Shown in pieces: positions 27,515 through 36,487 of a DNA stretch of 38,556 nt. The position numbers and the translations under genes are program-made. The notes under the pieces were generated by a model, which did no database searches, was not told where the DNA came from, and worked only from the letters and a program-made list of their open reading frames with translations. Each line of letters begins with the position of its first letter. Positions within the stretch are counted from its first letter, which is position 1. This DNA is from Candidatus Bathyarchaeota archaeon B24-2 (GTDB lineage: Archaea; Thermoproteota; Bathyarchaeia; Bathyarchaeales; B24-2): NCBI GenBank assembly GCA_002490245.1, contig PCNA01000017.1:1-38556 (forward strand), written 5' to 3'.

Positions 27515-27980
27515 CGTATTTCTCGATACAGACGTTCTGATAAATTGGCTTGCTAAAGAGGTAGATCCAAATACTGGGGAGGAGCTCTGGAGGGCTCCTC
27601 TGAGAATTCTCAAGGAGATCGAGGTAGGCGAGCTGAGCGGGTTCACTTCCATCATCAATCTCATGGAGATCATCTTTGTCCTCAGGCGGAAGAAGAGATG
27701 GAAGGATGAGAAGATAATCTCCACGATAGGCAGAATTCGAGAGATACCGAACTTCAGCGTGCTCATACCGACAGAGGCCGACATGATCTCGGCATACAGC
27801 ATTCAAACAGTTTTTGCCCTAGATCCCTTCAACAGCATCTATTATTCGATGTCCAGAAAGAGGATCGATTATATCATCTCAAGGGATTCAGATTTTATAT
27901 CGATAGTGAACAGTACAGAAAAGAAGCTAGTGGCATTTACACCTGAAAAGTTCCTGAAAGACGTGATGAAAAAAAGTTAA
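27501..27980 (+). CDS. PIN-domain (VapC-like) ribonuclease
   Basis: VFLDTDVLI...TSIINLMEI...LDPFNSI...IISRDSDF. Confidence 0.9.
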   Translation: MENISVFLDTDVLINWLAKEVDPNTGEELWRAPLRILKEIEVGELSGFTSIINLMEIIFVLRRKKRWKDEKIISTIGRIREIPNFSVLIPTEADMISAYSIQTVFALDPFNSIYYSMSRKRIDYIISRDSDFISIVNSTEKKLVAFTPEKFLKDVMKKS

Positions 27981-28039
27981 CTTCTTCTCAAAATATCGGA
28001 ACTCCTCCATGCCTATGGTTATCTTAAGATGACCTAAGC

Positions 28040-28303
28040 ATGGCAGAGAAGCCTAGATGGAAGGACGTCGGCGCTGTCTGGCTGAAGAAGGATAACATGC
28101 TTGGAATAAATGTGGATCTCGGAGTTCTAGGGACACTGCACGCAACTGGCTTTTCTGTTGAGGAGAAATCGCTGATGAAGAAGATCGAGAAAAAGCTTTC
28201 ATCGCTAAAGCCAAAAAGCGAGACATTTAATTGGTTCGACCGCCGGAAACTTCTCCCAGAACTAAGCTCGAATTACGTTCCACCCTCGGAGTCCTTCGAC
28301 TAG
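28040..28303 (+). CDS. Small hypothetical protein, possibly a remnant or chimera
   Basis: 87 aa ATG ORF; protein-like N-terminus WKDVGAVWLKK. Confidence 0.5.
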   Translation: MAEKPRWKDVGAVWLKKDNMLGINVDLGVLGTLHATGFSVEEKSLMKKIEKKLSSLKPKSETFNWFDRRKLLPELSSNYVPPSESFD

Positions 28304-28559
28304 CTTCGCCCACTCAGGGCAAGCCTCGGCTCGAGTGCTTTTCCCGGGTTTTTAAATTTCTCGACTGTGATAATAATCTCCATAATGTTTGAGGTTCGAA
28401 AGTGTTGGAGGATTACATTAGGTGCGAGATAGACATGAAAGTTTAATAAAAACCCTTTTTAGATTGCTGGGGGGTTACTACTTTTTGATCTATCAAGAGA
28501 GACTCACAAACTACTCTAAAAGCGTGTCTATTGTGGGAGTCGCTTCCAAGTCTGGTTCT

Positions 28560-29180
28560 TTATGGTTTTTCCATAAAGAAGTAATTTGCGACGTGCGGCG
28601 TTCGGAGTAATTTCATTTCAATTATATGAAAATATTGTTCGAACAATTCTTTAAGCTCTCTTTGCGATGAGAAATATAACTTCATCCCAGACGGACTTAT
28701 TCTATATTTTTCTCCCGGATTACCAAATTCAGCACTTTGTTGGTTAAAGCAAACCGAGAGATATTTTCCGTTTCTATTTAATATCTTCGCCACGTCCTTC
28801 ACATACTTCTGTCTTTGCAGCGGCGTTATCTGATGTAAAAGAAACCATTCTAGAACGAAGTCGAATTTTTCTGTTATCTGTCCTAAATCGGCTATATCCA
28901 TAACTATAAAGCGAACTTTAACTCCCCGTCTTGCCGCATTCTCTTTCGCATATCGTATAGCCCTTTCTGATAAATCTATTCCTAACACATCAAACCCCTT
29001 TGAAGCTAAATAGATAGAATTGAAGCCCTCTCCGCAACCCACATCGATTGCTTTACATGGGGCGACCTTCCCGCTTTCTATTAGTTCTACTAATTCTCGT
29101 GGCGGCTCGGTTCTTGTCCAAGGTGCTCGTGGTTTTGCGTAATGTCTCTCAAGCACCTCTTTCACTTTTCCACTCATCAT
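28560..29180 (-). CDS. Class I SAM-dependent methyltransferase (TPMT/TehB-like)
   Basis: PW...P, IDVGCGEG, LGIDLSERAI, FDFV; visibly AT-rich coding sequence. Confidence 0.9.
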   Translation of the reverse strand: MMSGKVKEVLERHYAKPRAPWTRTEPPRELVELIESGKVAPCKAIDVGCGEGFNSIYLASKGFDVLGIDLSERAIRYAKENAARRGVKVRFIVMDIADLGQITEKFDFVLEWFLLHQITPLQRQKYVKDVAKILNRNGKYLSVCFNQQSAEFGNPGEKYRISPSGMKLYFSSQRELKELFEQYFHIIEMKLLRTPHVANYFFMEKP

Positions 29181-29563
29181 CCCCGCTTAGTTTTAATTTG
29201 AACTAATTTATTAAACTTAGTTCTAGCTCAAATGAAAGGTCAAGAAATCAAAGTTAAGATTCTTTTTAGAGGATCGTTACGACCTACTCTCAACCTACCT
29301 AGAAATTCTGGTCTAGACCGGCATAGCGCTATATAAACCTTTGACTTCTAATTGAGAAAATCTTCAGAGAAATAAAATTTAAACTGAAAATCCCTCAGAA
29401 AACGTAAACGCAGACTGAACACCATTCAGCTACCTCCACGAACTATATAAACCTAGACTAAGATATAGGAGACAAAAGAATGGAGTCTCAGGACACGAGG
29501 TAAATCGGATTCTCCGATCCTTTCATAAAGACTATTAGCGTTCTCTCTCAATAAGTTTTTGAG

Positions 29564-30361
29564 GTGTGTTGGAGGTTGATGGAGAATAAGCTTAGGGTTT
29601 TGTTGGAGAAGGGGGAGCCCACGGTTGGGACGCATATCCACGTCGTCTGGCCTGGTGTGACAGAACTCATCGGCCATACAGGGATGGTCGACTACGTGGA
29701 GTTCACGAGTACCTATGCCCCATACGACCTTCACGACTTGGACAATTTGGCGAGGGCGGCGGAGCTGGTGGGTATGGCTTCGATGATAAAGATCGACCAG
29801 CAGCCACGTGTCTATCTGGCTGAGAGAGCGTTGGCCGCTGGAATCCAGAACATACTCTTCGCAGACATCAGGACCGTCGAGGATGCGGAGGAGGCGGTTA
29901 AAGCCGTTAAAGCCGAGCCGAGGGGGATAAACGGTGTGAGGATGTGTAGGACCGTAGGATACGTGTTCTGTAAGGGTTCCATAGCCGATTTAGCTAAGTG
30001 GTATGACCAAGCGGTCGTGGCTTTGATGATAGAGAAGAAGTCTGCCGTCGAGAACCTCGAGGAGATACTATCGGTCGATGGAGTAGACATGGTACAGTTT
30101 GGGCCTGGAGACTACTCTATGAGCATCGGACATCCGGGGATGCTTGACCACCCTAAGGTTAAGGAGGCGGAGCTAAAAACCATCAAGACCGCCTTAAAGA
30201 TGGACGTTCGACCGAGGGCCGAGATAAACAGCCCTAAAGAGGCTGAGAGGTACATAAAGCTTGGAGTGCGGGACTTCTGTATGGGGATAGATATGCTTAT
30301 CCTCTACGAGTGGATAAAGAATAACGGGCGGGAGCTCAGAAGGCTCCTATCTCAACTCTAG
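29564..30361 (+). CDS. HpcH/HpaI-family class II pyruvate aldolase
   Basis: ALMIEKKSAVENLEEILSVDGVDMVQFGPGDYSMSIG. True start is probably ATG 29579. Confidence 0.88.
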   Translation: MCWRLMENKLRVLLEKGEPTVGTHIHVVWPGVTELIGHTGMVDYVEFTSTYAPYDLHDLDNLARAAELVGMASMIKIDQQPRVYLAERALAAGIQNILFADIRTVEDAEEAVKAVKAEPRGINGVRMCRTVGYVFCKGSIADLAKWYDQAVVALMIEKKSAVENLEEILSVDGVDMVQFGPGDYSMSIGHPGMLDHPKVKEAELKTIKTALKMDVRPRAEINSPKEAERYIKLGVRDFCMGIDMLILYEWIKNNGRELRRLLSQL

Positions 30362-30365
30362 GAGG

Positions 30366-31094
30366 CTATACTTCAGGCGTCTCTGAACCTGCGGGGTAAA
30401 CTTCAACCCTAACTTTTTGCCCGTCTTTAAGCTTGAGCTTACCCCTCAGATATACGGGGGCTAGAACCTCTATAACCGAGTCGTCGTAGTGTGTACGCAT
30501 AGCGAATACGATGGCCCCCTTAAATTTATTCGCTATTATAGCCGGATAGCATCTTCCGTCACCGTAGGTTCTAGCCTCGTTTCTGAAGCCTTTAATCTCT
30601 ATCGCGGGGAAAGAGTCCAGCTCCCTCCTTAACATGAGGTCGTATTCAGATGTTAGCTTAAGGTTTAAAGTTCCAGGGTAAGGGTCGAATCCCAGCTTCT
30701 CTCGGAACTGTCTCCTATAATGTTCTTTCGAGACATAGTATGCTCCCTCACCGAAGCCGGTGAAGACCTGACCTTCAAGCGTTATAGGCTGGGGGACCTT
30801 AGACTCCAAAACTTTAGAGAGGGATGAGTGAAGCCTCTTTAGCTCGGAGACGCCAGCTTCCGTAGCCTTGATCAGACAGCCTTCACGAGTGATCTTCCTC
30901 TTTATCCATCCGACCCTCTCTAGCTCGATGAGATATCTAGAGGCGGTTTGCTGTGAGGCCCCTATACGCTGAGCTAGATACTCGGTCGAAGTCTTGACTA
31001 CCCTATCGCAGGCACCCATCTCCGCTAACTTATACAGTAGAAACAGTCTCCTCCACCGTTTCGCGTCCAGGCTAGAATCGAACATAGTGACCAC
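30366..31094 (-). CDS. ribK: Winged-HTH plus CTP-dependent riboflavin kinase (RbkR-type)
   Basis: SQQTASR HTH; G.GEGAYY, LGFDPYPGTLN, LR.KL.LKDG. Confidence 0.93.
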   Translation of the reverse strand: MVTMFDSSLDAKRWRRLFLLYKLAEMGACDRVVKTSTEYLAQRIGASQQTASRYLIELERVGWIKRKITREGCLIKATEAGVSELKRLHSSLSKVLESKVPQPITLEGQVFTGFGEGAYYVSKEHYRRQFREKLGFDPYPGTLNLKLTSEYDLMLRRELDSFPAIEIKGFRNEARTYGDGRCYPAIIANKFKGAIVFAMRTHYDDSVIEVLAPVYLRGKLKLKDGQKVRVEVYPAGSETPEV

Positions 31095-31223
31095 TGGTTT
31101 CTCAGAGCGCTACACTCAACCTTAAAGAAGGAAGAGAAGAGCTTAATAAAGGTTGAACGTTGTCAGATTTTCGTTAAGGGCCTTCAAGGTTTAACTTTTA
31201 AATCCAGACCCTTAAACATTAGG

Positions 31224-32435
31224 GTGGAGGTGGATTTTAAGTTGAAGATAACTGGTTTGAAGTGTGCGGTCATAGCTCAGACCCCGGTAGTTAGGATAAC
31301 CACAGACGAGGGGATAGACGGGCTAGGTCAAATAGAGGCATCCAAAAACTATCTTAAACCCCACGTTCTATTCTACGAGCGTTTCATCTTGGGAGAAGAC
31401 CCGACGAACGTTCAGCGGATAACGATGAAGCTACGTAGGTTCGGCGGGTTTAAGCCTTGGGGGAGTAGTGTAAGCGCTATAGAGATGGCGCTATGGGACA
31501 TCGCGGGTAAGGCCGCCGGCCTACCGGTTTACAAGCTTCTGGGGGGAAAGGTTAGGGATAAGGTGAGGGTCTACAACACCGCTACGGGTCCACGTCTCAA
31601 GGGCTACTCGCCCGAGGATTACGCCGAGAACGCTAGAGAGAAGCTAGCCTTACCGCATGGATTCAAGATATTCAAGTTTCCGTTAGGCTTTCATGGCGGT
31701 ATGTTCGCGTCCAACCCGAAGTTCTTTTACGGCGAGGTCGAAACCGGATATCCACATCCGAATAAAGGGTACGTCACAGAACTAGGATTAAAGCACTGCG
31801 TTGAATGCGTCAAGGCGCTTAAGGAGGTTCTGGGAGAAGAATACGGATTAGCATTAGACTGCGGTCCAGGCTTCCCCATACCCTCTGCGATAAAGCTCGC
31901 TAAAGCCCTCGAACCCTTCAACGTCATGTGGCTTGAAGACCTGATAACCGGAGATTACTATCCATACACCGAGGTCGAGGCCTTCAGGATAGTCAAGTCG
32001 AGCACCACCACGCCGATCCACACGGGAGAGCAGATATACCTAAGGGAGGGGTTCAGAGACCTGATCGAGAGGAACGCCGTGGACATCATAGGGCCAGACC
32101 CATGCGATGCGGGGGGAATAGCGGAAACTAAGTGGATCGCTGAACTAGCAGACTTACATGGAGTCCTCATCGCACCACATTCGGGTCTAAACGGGCCGAT
32201 AGAGCTCATGGCGGCCGTACATATGGCGGCAACCCTCCCGAAAAACTTTATAGCTCTAGAGTTCCCGTTCGCTCCGCAGGAATGGTGGGAAGGAAACCTG
32301 GTGAAAGGCTTAGAGAAGCCTGTCGTTAAGGACGGGTTCGTGGAGGTACCTGATAAACCCGGTTTAGGCATAGAACTTAACGAGAAGGCTGTAAGGAAGG
32401 TCTTGAGGGAAGAAGATAAAGACTTCTTCGAGTAG
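31224..32435 (+). CDS. Mandelate racemase/enolase-superfamily enzyme (acid-sugar dehydratase-like)
   Basis: SAIEMALWDIAGK, LDC, WLED, TGE, APH, PGLGIE. Confidence 0.9.
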   Translation: MEVDFKLKITGLKCAVIAQTPVVRITTDEGIDGLGQIEASKNYLKPHVLFYERFILGEDPTNVQRITMKLRRFGGFKPWGSSVSAIEMALWDIAGKAAGLPVYKLLGGKVRDKVRVYNTATGPRLKGYSPEDYAENAREKLALPHGFKIFKFPLGFHGGMFASNPKFFYGEVETGYPHPNKGYVTELGLKHCVECVKALKEVLGEEYGLALDCGPGFPIPSAIKLAKALEPFNVMWLEDLITGDYYPYTEVEAFRIVKSSTTTPIHTGEQIYLREGFRDLIERNAVDIIGPDPCDAGGIAETKWIAELADLHGVLIAPHSGLNGPIELMAAVHMAATLPKNFIALEFPFAPQEWWEGNLVKGLEKPVVKDGFVEVPDKPGLGIELNEKAVRKVLREEDKDFFE

Positions 32436-32514
32436 TCCCTCGGTAAAGGGAGCGTTCGACGTAGAGGTAAAGATGCTTCGGAAAGCAGAAAGCGGTTAGG
32501 AACCGTGGAGAATT

Positions 32515-33366
32515 ATGGTAGACTCAGTTAAAGTCGCGGGAATCCAGATGGAACCCAAGATTCTGGAGAAGGAACTAAACTTAGAGAGGTGTTTAGACTT
32601 CATACAGACCGCTGCCCGGCAGGGAGCTAAACTCCTCGTCTTTCCGGAATGTGCCTTAACCGGATACTGCTTCTCCAGCCTCGATGAGGGTTTATCCGTG
32701 GCTGAGGCCATACCGGGTCCGAGTACTGAGGCCATAGCTTCGGTCTGCAGGGAGCTAGAAGTCTACGTGGTGATGGGTTTACTCGAAAAATCTGGGAATA
32801 AGTGCTATAATGCCTTAGCTTTCGTCGGCCCTGAAGGCTTGATCGGAAGTTACAGAAAGATTCATCTGCCATATCTGGGAATCGACAGGTTCGCCACACC
32901 CGGGAACCGACCGTTCCGGGTTTACGATACGCCTGTGGGGAGGGTCGGCTTGAACATCTGCTTCGACGTTAGGTTTCCTGAGAGCTCTAGGGTGATGGCC
33001 CTTCAAGGAGCGGAGGTCATAGCGTTGCCTACAAACTGGCCTAAGGGGGCGGAGAGCGCCCCAAGGTTCATCGTCCATACGAGGGCTTACGAGAACCGGG
33101 TTAACTACATAGCCGTGGATAGGGTGGGGGTGGAACGCGGGTTTAGGTTTATCGGTCAAAGTAAGATAGTCGACTATAACGGGCGGACCCTAGCCGAGGC
33201 GGACGTGTCTAGAGAGGAGATTATCTACGCGGACCTCGATTTGAAGGCTACCAGAGAAAAACGTGTCGTTATAATTCCAGGGGAGTTTGAGCTTCCGCTC
33301 TTCGAGGGTAGGAGGCCTGAATTCTACGGTTTAATCTGCGAACGCGGGGAATCCGTCGAGTGCTAG
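32515..33366 (+). CDS. Nitrilase-superfamily carbon-nitrogen hydrolase
   Basis: E-K-C triad: FPE, YRKIHL, ICFD.RFPE. Confidence 0.92.
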   Translation: MVDSVKVAGIQMEPKILEKELNLERCLDFIQTAARQGAKLLVFPECALTGYCFSSLDEGLSVAEAIPGPSTEAIASVCRELEVYVVMGLLEKSGNKCYNALAFVGPEGLIGSYRKIHLPYLGIDRFATPGNRPFRVYDTPVGRVGLNICFDVRFPESSRVMALQGAEVIALPTNWPKGAESAPRFIVHTRAYENRVNYIAVDRVGVERGFRFIGQSKIVDYNGRTLAEADVSREEIIYADLDLKATREKRVVIIPGEFELPLFEGRRPEFYGLICERGESVEC

Positions 33367-33371
33367 GACGT

Positions 33372-34643
33372 TTAGGTTCCTGCTTCGAACGATTTCAGGT
33401 ACCTCTCCTGCTCGGGGGTTAGGTCGTCGATCCTTATACCCATCGTCTCGAGCTTTAGCCTAGCTATCTCCAAGTCCTGCTCTCTAGGCACCTCGTAGAC
33501 CCTCGGTTCCAGTCTCCCCTTTTCCTTCACCAGCCTAAGCACCGACATAAACTGGTTCGCGAAGCTCATGTCCAGCACCTCCGAGGGGTGGCCTTCAGCG
33601 GCTACAAGGTTAACTAGACGGCCTTCTGCCAGAAGGTATATTCTCCGCCCGTCTGGTAGGATGTACTCCACGTTGTTAGGTCTGATCTCCTTCTTGGATT
33701 TAGCCATCTCCTCTAGGTCTGACACCGAGATCTCGACGTTGAAGTGTCCTGCGTTGGCTAGAACGACGCCGTCTTTCATCAACGCTATGTGCTCCCTTCT
33801 TATCACGTCTTTGCATCCGGTGGCCGTTATGAATATGTCTCCTATCTTCGCCGCCTCGCTCATCGGCATGACCCTGTAGCCCTCCATCACTGCTTTAAGC
33901 GCCTTGATCGGGTCGACTTCACAGACCGTAACGTTGGCTCCCATACCTCTCGCCCTTAACGCTATTCCTCTACCACAGTGACCGTAGCCTACGACCACCA
34001 CGTTCTTCCCTGCCAGAAGTATGTTCGTGGCCCTCAGGATTCCGTCCAGCGACGATTGACCTGTACCATAGACGTTGTCGAAGTCCCATTTCGTCTCGGC
34101 GTCGTTGACCGCTATGATCGGGTACTTCAACCTGCCGGACTCGGCCATAGCCTTCAACCTATGGACTCCGGTCGTGGTTTCCTCGGTTCCCCCTATAATG
34201 CCGTCGATGACCTCAGGCCTCTTCTCGTGGATCGTGACCACTAGGTCTGCCCCGTCGTCCAACGTGATGTTAGGTTCAGACGCTATCACCTGGTCTATAC
34301 ACCAGTAATACTCCTCCCTCGAGAGCCCCCGCCAACCGAAGACCGCTACACCCTCCTTAGCCAACGCGGCCGCCACGTCATCCTGAGTGGACAGAGGATT
34401 GCATCCACACCAAGCTGTTTCGGCTCCGGCTGCCATGAAGGTTCTGACGAGGACGGCTGTCTCTTTGGTTATGTGCAGGCAGCCGCCTATACGGATGCCG
34501 CTTAGAGGCTTCTCCTTAGAGTACTTCTCCCTGAGCTTCATCAGAACGGGCATCCTCGACTCAGCCCACTCTATCTTAAGCAGACCTTGATCGGCTAAGC
34601 TTAAGTCCTTAACCTTAAACTTCACATCCATACACTCTCCCAA
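33372..34643 (-). CDS. ahcY: S-adenosylhomocysteine hydrolase
   Basis: [35 protein letters not shown]. Confidence 0.97.
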   Translation of the reverse strand: MGECMDVKFKVKDLSLADQGLLKIEWAESRMPVLMKLREKYSKEKPLSGIRIGGCLHITKETAVLVRTFMAAGAETAWCGCNPLSTQDDVAAALAKEGVAVFGWRGLSREEYYWCIDQVIASEPNITLDDGADLVVTIHEKRPEVIDGIIGGTEETTTGVHRLKAMAESGRLKYPIIAVNDAETKWDFDNVYGTGQSSLDGILRATNILLAGKNVVVVGYGHCGRGIALRARGMGANVTVCEVDPIKALKAVMEGYRVMPMSEAAKIGDIFITATGCKDVIRREHIALMKDGVVLANAGHFNVEISVSDLEEMAKSKKEIRPNNVEYILPDGRRIYLLAEGRLVNLVAAEGHPSEVLDMSFANQFMSVLRLVKEKGRLEPRVYEVPREQDLEIARLKLETMGIRIDDLTPEQERYLKSFEAGT

Positions 34644-34706
34644 CTTGTTTACGGCCTTTAAGAGTCGAAGTTAATTTTCTCCCGAACCCACATAAAGTTT
34701 AGCTGG

Positions 34707-36020
34707 ATGATCAAGTTTAATTTAGGGGGAGCTATAGTCTTCTGGGGGTTTAAGGTGAAGCTTCTATTCCTAGTGCTGGACGGCGCCGCGGACAGGATGA
34801 ACGGGGAGACGCCGCTGGAGAAGGCTGAGGCAGACGGCTTAAACGAGCTAGTAAAACATGCTAAATGCGGTCTCCAGTATACGGTGGGTAGGGGTATAGC
34901 GCCGGAGAGCGACGTGGCTGTACTCTCGATCCTCGGGTATAACCCGCATGAAGTCTATACGGGTAGGGGGCCTTTGGAGGCCCTCGGTATAGGGGTTCGC
35001 CTGAGGGAGGGTAAGGAGGTGGTTTTCAGGGGGAACTTTGCCACCGTAGAACCTGAAAGTTTGAGGTTGATAGACAGGAGGTGCGGCAGAGACCTTTCGC
35101 TGAGGGAGGCTGAAAGGCTGGCTGAAACGCTTAACAGCTCCGAATTGAACAGCCCTGAAGGCTACTTTAAGGTCTATCCGACGGTTGGATACAGGAACAT
35201 CGTTATATTCGGGAGCGAGTTAGGCTTATCCGATAGGGTGTCCTCGACGGATCCGGCGTACATTCAGGTGGATAGAATATCGACTGCCCAGATGGGTTAT
35301 GAACCTAAAGTTAAGGAATGTACTCCGCTCGACGGGACAGAGGAGGCTTCGAGGACTGCGAGGTTGGTTAACGCATTCACCAAGGAGACCGTTAGGCTAC
35401 TGGACGAGCATCCGGTGAACCTTGAAAGGGTCCGTAGAGGTAAACTGAAGGCTAACTGCATAATCTTAAGGCAGGCTGGAGGGTCGCTGCCTAAGGTTAA
35501 GCCGATAAACGACCTGTACGGGCTTAGGTTCGGCTCGATAACCGAGATGCCGATAGAGAAGGGTATCGCCCGCCTCTTAGGGATGAAAGCCGTCGAATGC
35601 AGGTCTATACCCGAAGACCCTGAGAGAGACCTCGCGATAAAGCTAGACGCCGTAGACGAACTCCTGAAGTCGGTCGACGTCGTCTACGTGCATCTGAAGG
35701 GGCCAGACATACCCGGACATGACGGAAACTTCGAGAAGAAGGTTGAAGCGATAGAGGTTATAGACGAGTTCTTCGTGAAGAAAGTTCTCGAGAGACATAG
35801 TTTAGACGAGCTCTCCTTCCTCGTAACCTCAGACCACGCTACGCCGTGGAGGCTGAAGGCGCATAGCGACGACCCGGTACCTTTCATGGTCGCTTCTAAC
35901 AGGATTAAGCCGGACGGGATAGGGAAGTTCTGCGAGAGGGAGTGTTTAAAGGGGTCTTTAGGCGTGCTGGAGCATGGATGGCTCCTACTTCCTAAGGTAA
36001 TTCAGATGCTATCCGTTTAA
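34707..36020 (+). CDS. apgM: 2,3-bisphosphoglycerate-independent phosphoglycerate mutase (archaeal type)
   Basis: LDGAAD, PESD, YTGRGPLEA, KGPD..GHDG, TSDHATP, HS.DPVP. Confidence 0.93.
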   Translation: MIKFNLGGAIVFWGFKVKLLFLVLDGAADRMNGETPLEKAEADGLNELVKHAKCGLQYTVGRGIAPESDVAVLSILGYNPHEVYTGRGPLEALGIGVRLREGKEVVFRGNFATVEPESLRLIDRRCGRDLSLREAERLAETLNSSELNSPEGYFKVYPTVGYRNIVIFGSELGLSDRVSSTDPAYIQVDRISTAQMGYEPKVKECTPLDGTEEASRTARLVNAFTKETVRLLDEHPVNLERVRRGKLKANCIILRQAGGSLPKVKPINDLYGLRFGSITEMPIEKGIARLLGMKAVECRSIPEDPERDLAIKLDAVDELLKSVDVVYVHLKGPDIPGHDGNFEKKVEAIEVIDEFFVKKVLERHSLDELSFLVTSDHATPWRLKAHSDDPVPFMVASNRIKPDGIGKFCERECLKGSLGVLEHGWLLLPKVIQMLSV

Positions 36021-36037
36021 AGTCGGTCAAGGACTAC

Positions 36038-36481
36038 TTGGAAGGATGGAAGACCTTGATCGAGGTTAAGCCTATAGGCTTCGTCGTGAGGGAAGATAGC
36101 TTAGAAGACGAGTCCAAAGTGGTTTTGGCGGAGGAGTTCGCTGAGGGGTTAGACGGAATAGAGGGGTTCTCCCATGTCTACGTGATCTTCTGGCTCCATA
36201 AGGTTAAGAACCGTGAGAGGAGGGTGCTGAAGGTTCATCCCAGAGGTAGGAGAGACCTGCCTTTAGTCGGAGTATTCGCGACCAGAAGCCCTATGAGGCC
36301 TAACCCGATCGGCTTAACCCTAGTCGAGTTGGTCGAGCGTAAGGGTAACGTCCTAGTCGTTCGAGGTTTAGACGCTTTCGACGGTACTCCCGTGTTGGAT
36401 ATAAAGCCTTGCGTCTCGGAGACTGCCGGGAGGAAGTTTAGGTTTCCAGACTGGTTGGTAAGGCTTAAAGCCGAACCTTGA
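36038..36481 (+). CDS. tsaA: TsaA/TrmO-family tRNA m6t6A37 methyltransferase
   Basis: FSHV.VIFWLH, GVFATRSP.RPNPIG, LDAFDGTPVLDIKP. Confidence 0.9.
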   Translation: MEGWKTLIEVKPIGFVVREDSLEDESKVVLAEEFAEGLDGIEGFSHVYVIFWLHKVKNRERRVLKVHPRGRRDLPLVGVFATRSPMRPNPIGLTLVELVERKGNVLVVRGLDAFDGTPVLDIKPCVSETAGRKFRFPDWLVRLKAEP

Positions 36482-36487
36482 GTTAAC

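Noticed and set aside
27188-27806. 204-aa and 106-aa minus-strand ORFs
   Set aside because: Antisense to the antitoxin-PIN pair, which has clear motifs.
28335-28400. CCCGGG and GGTTCGAA as an attR copy of tRNA-Gln
   Set aside because: The matches are too short, separated and in the wrong order.
28422-28610. 62-aa plus-strand ORF
   Set aside because: No recognisable motif, and it overlaps the methyltransferase 3' end.
29413-29429. GACTGAACACCATTC resembles GACTGAATAAACCATTC at 4582
   Set aside because: Short gapped match that does not extend; probably chance.
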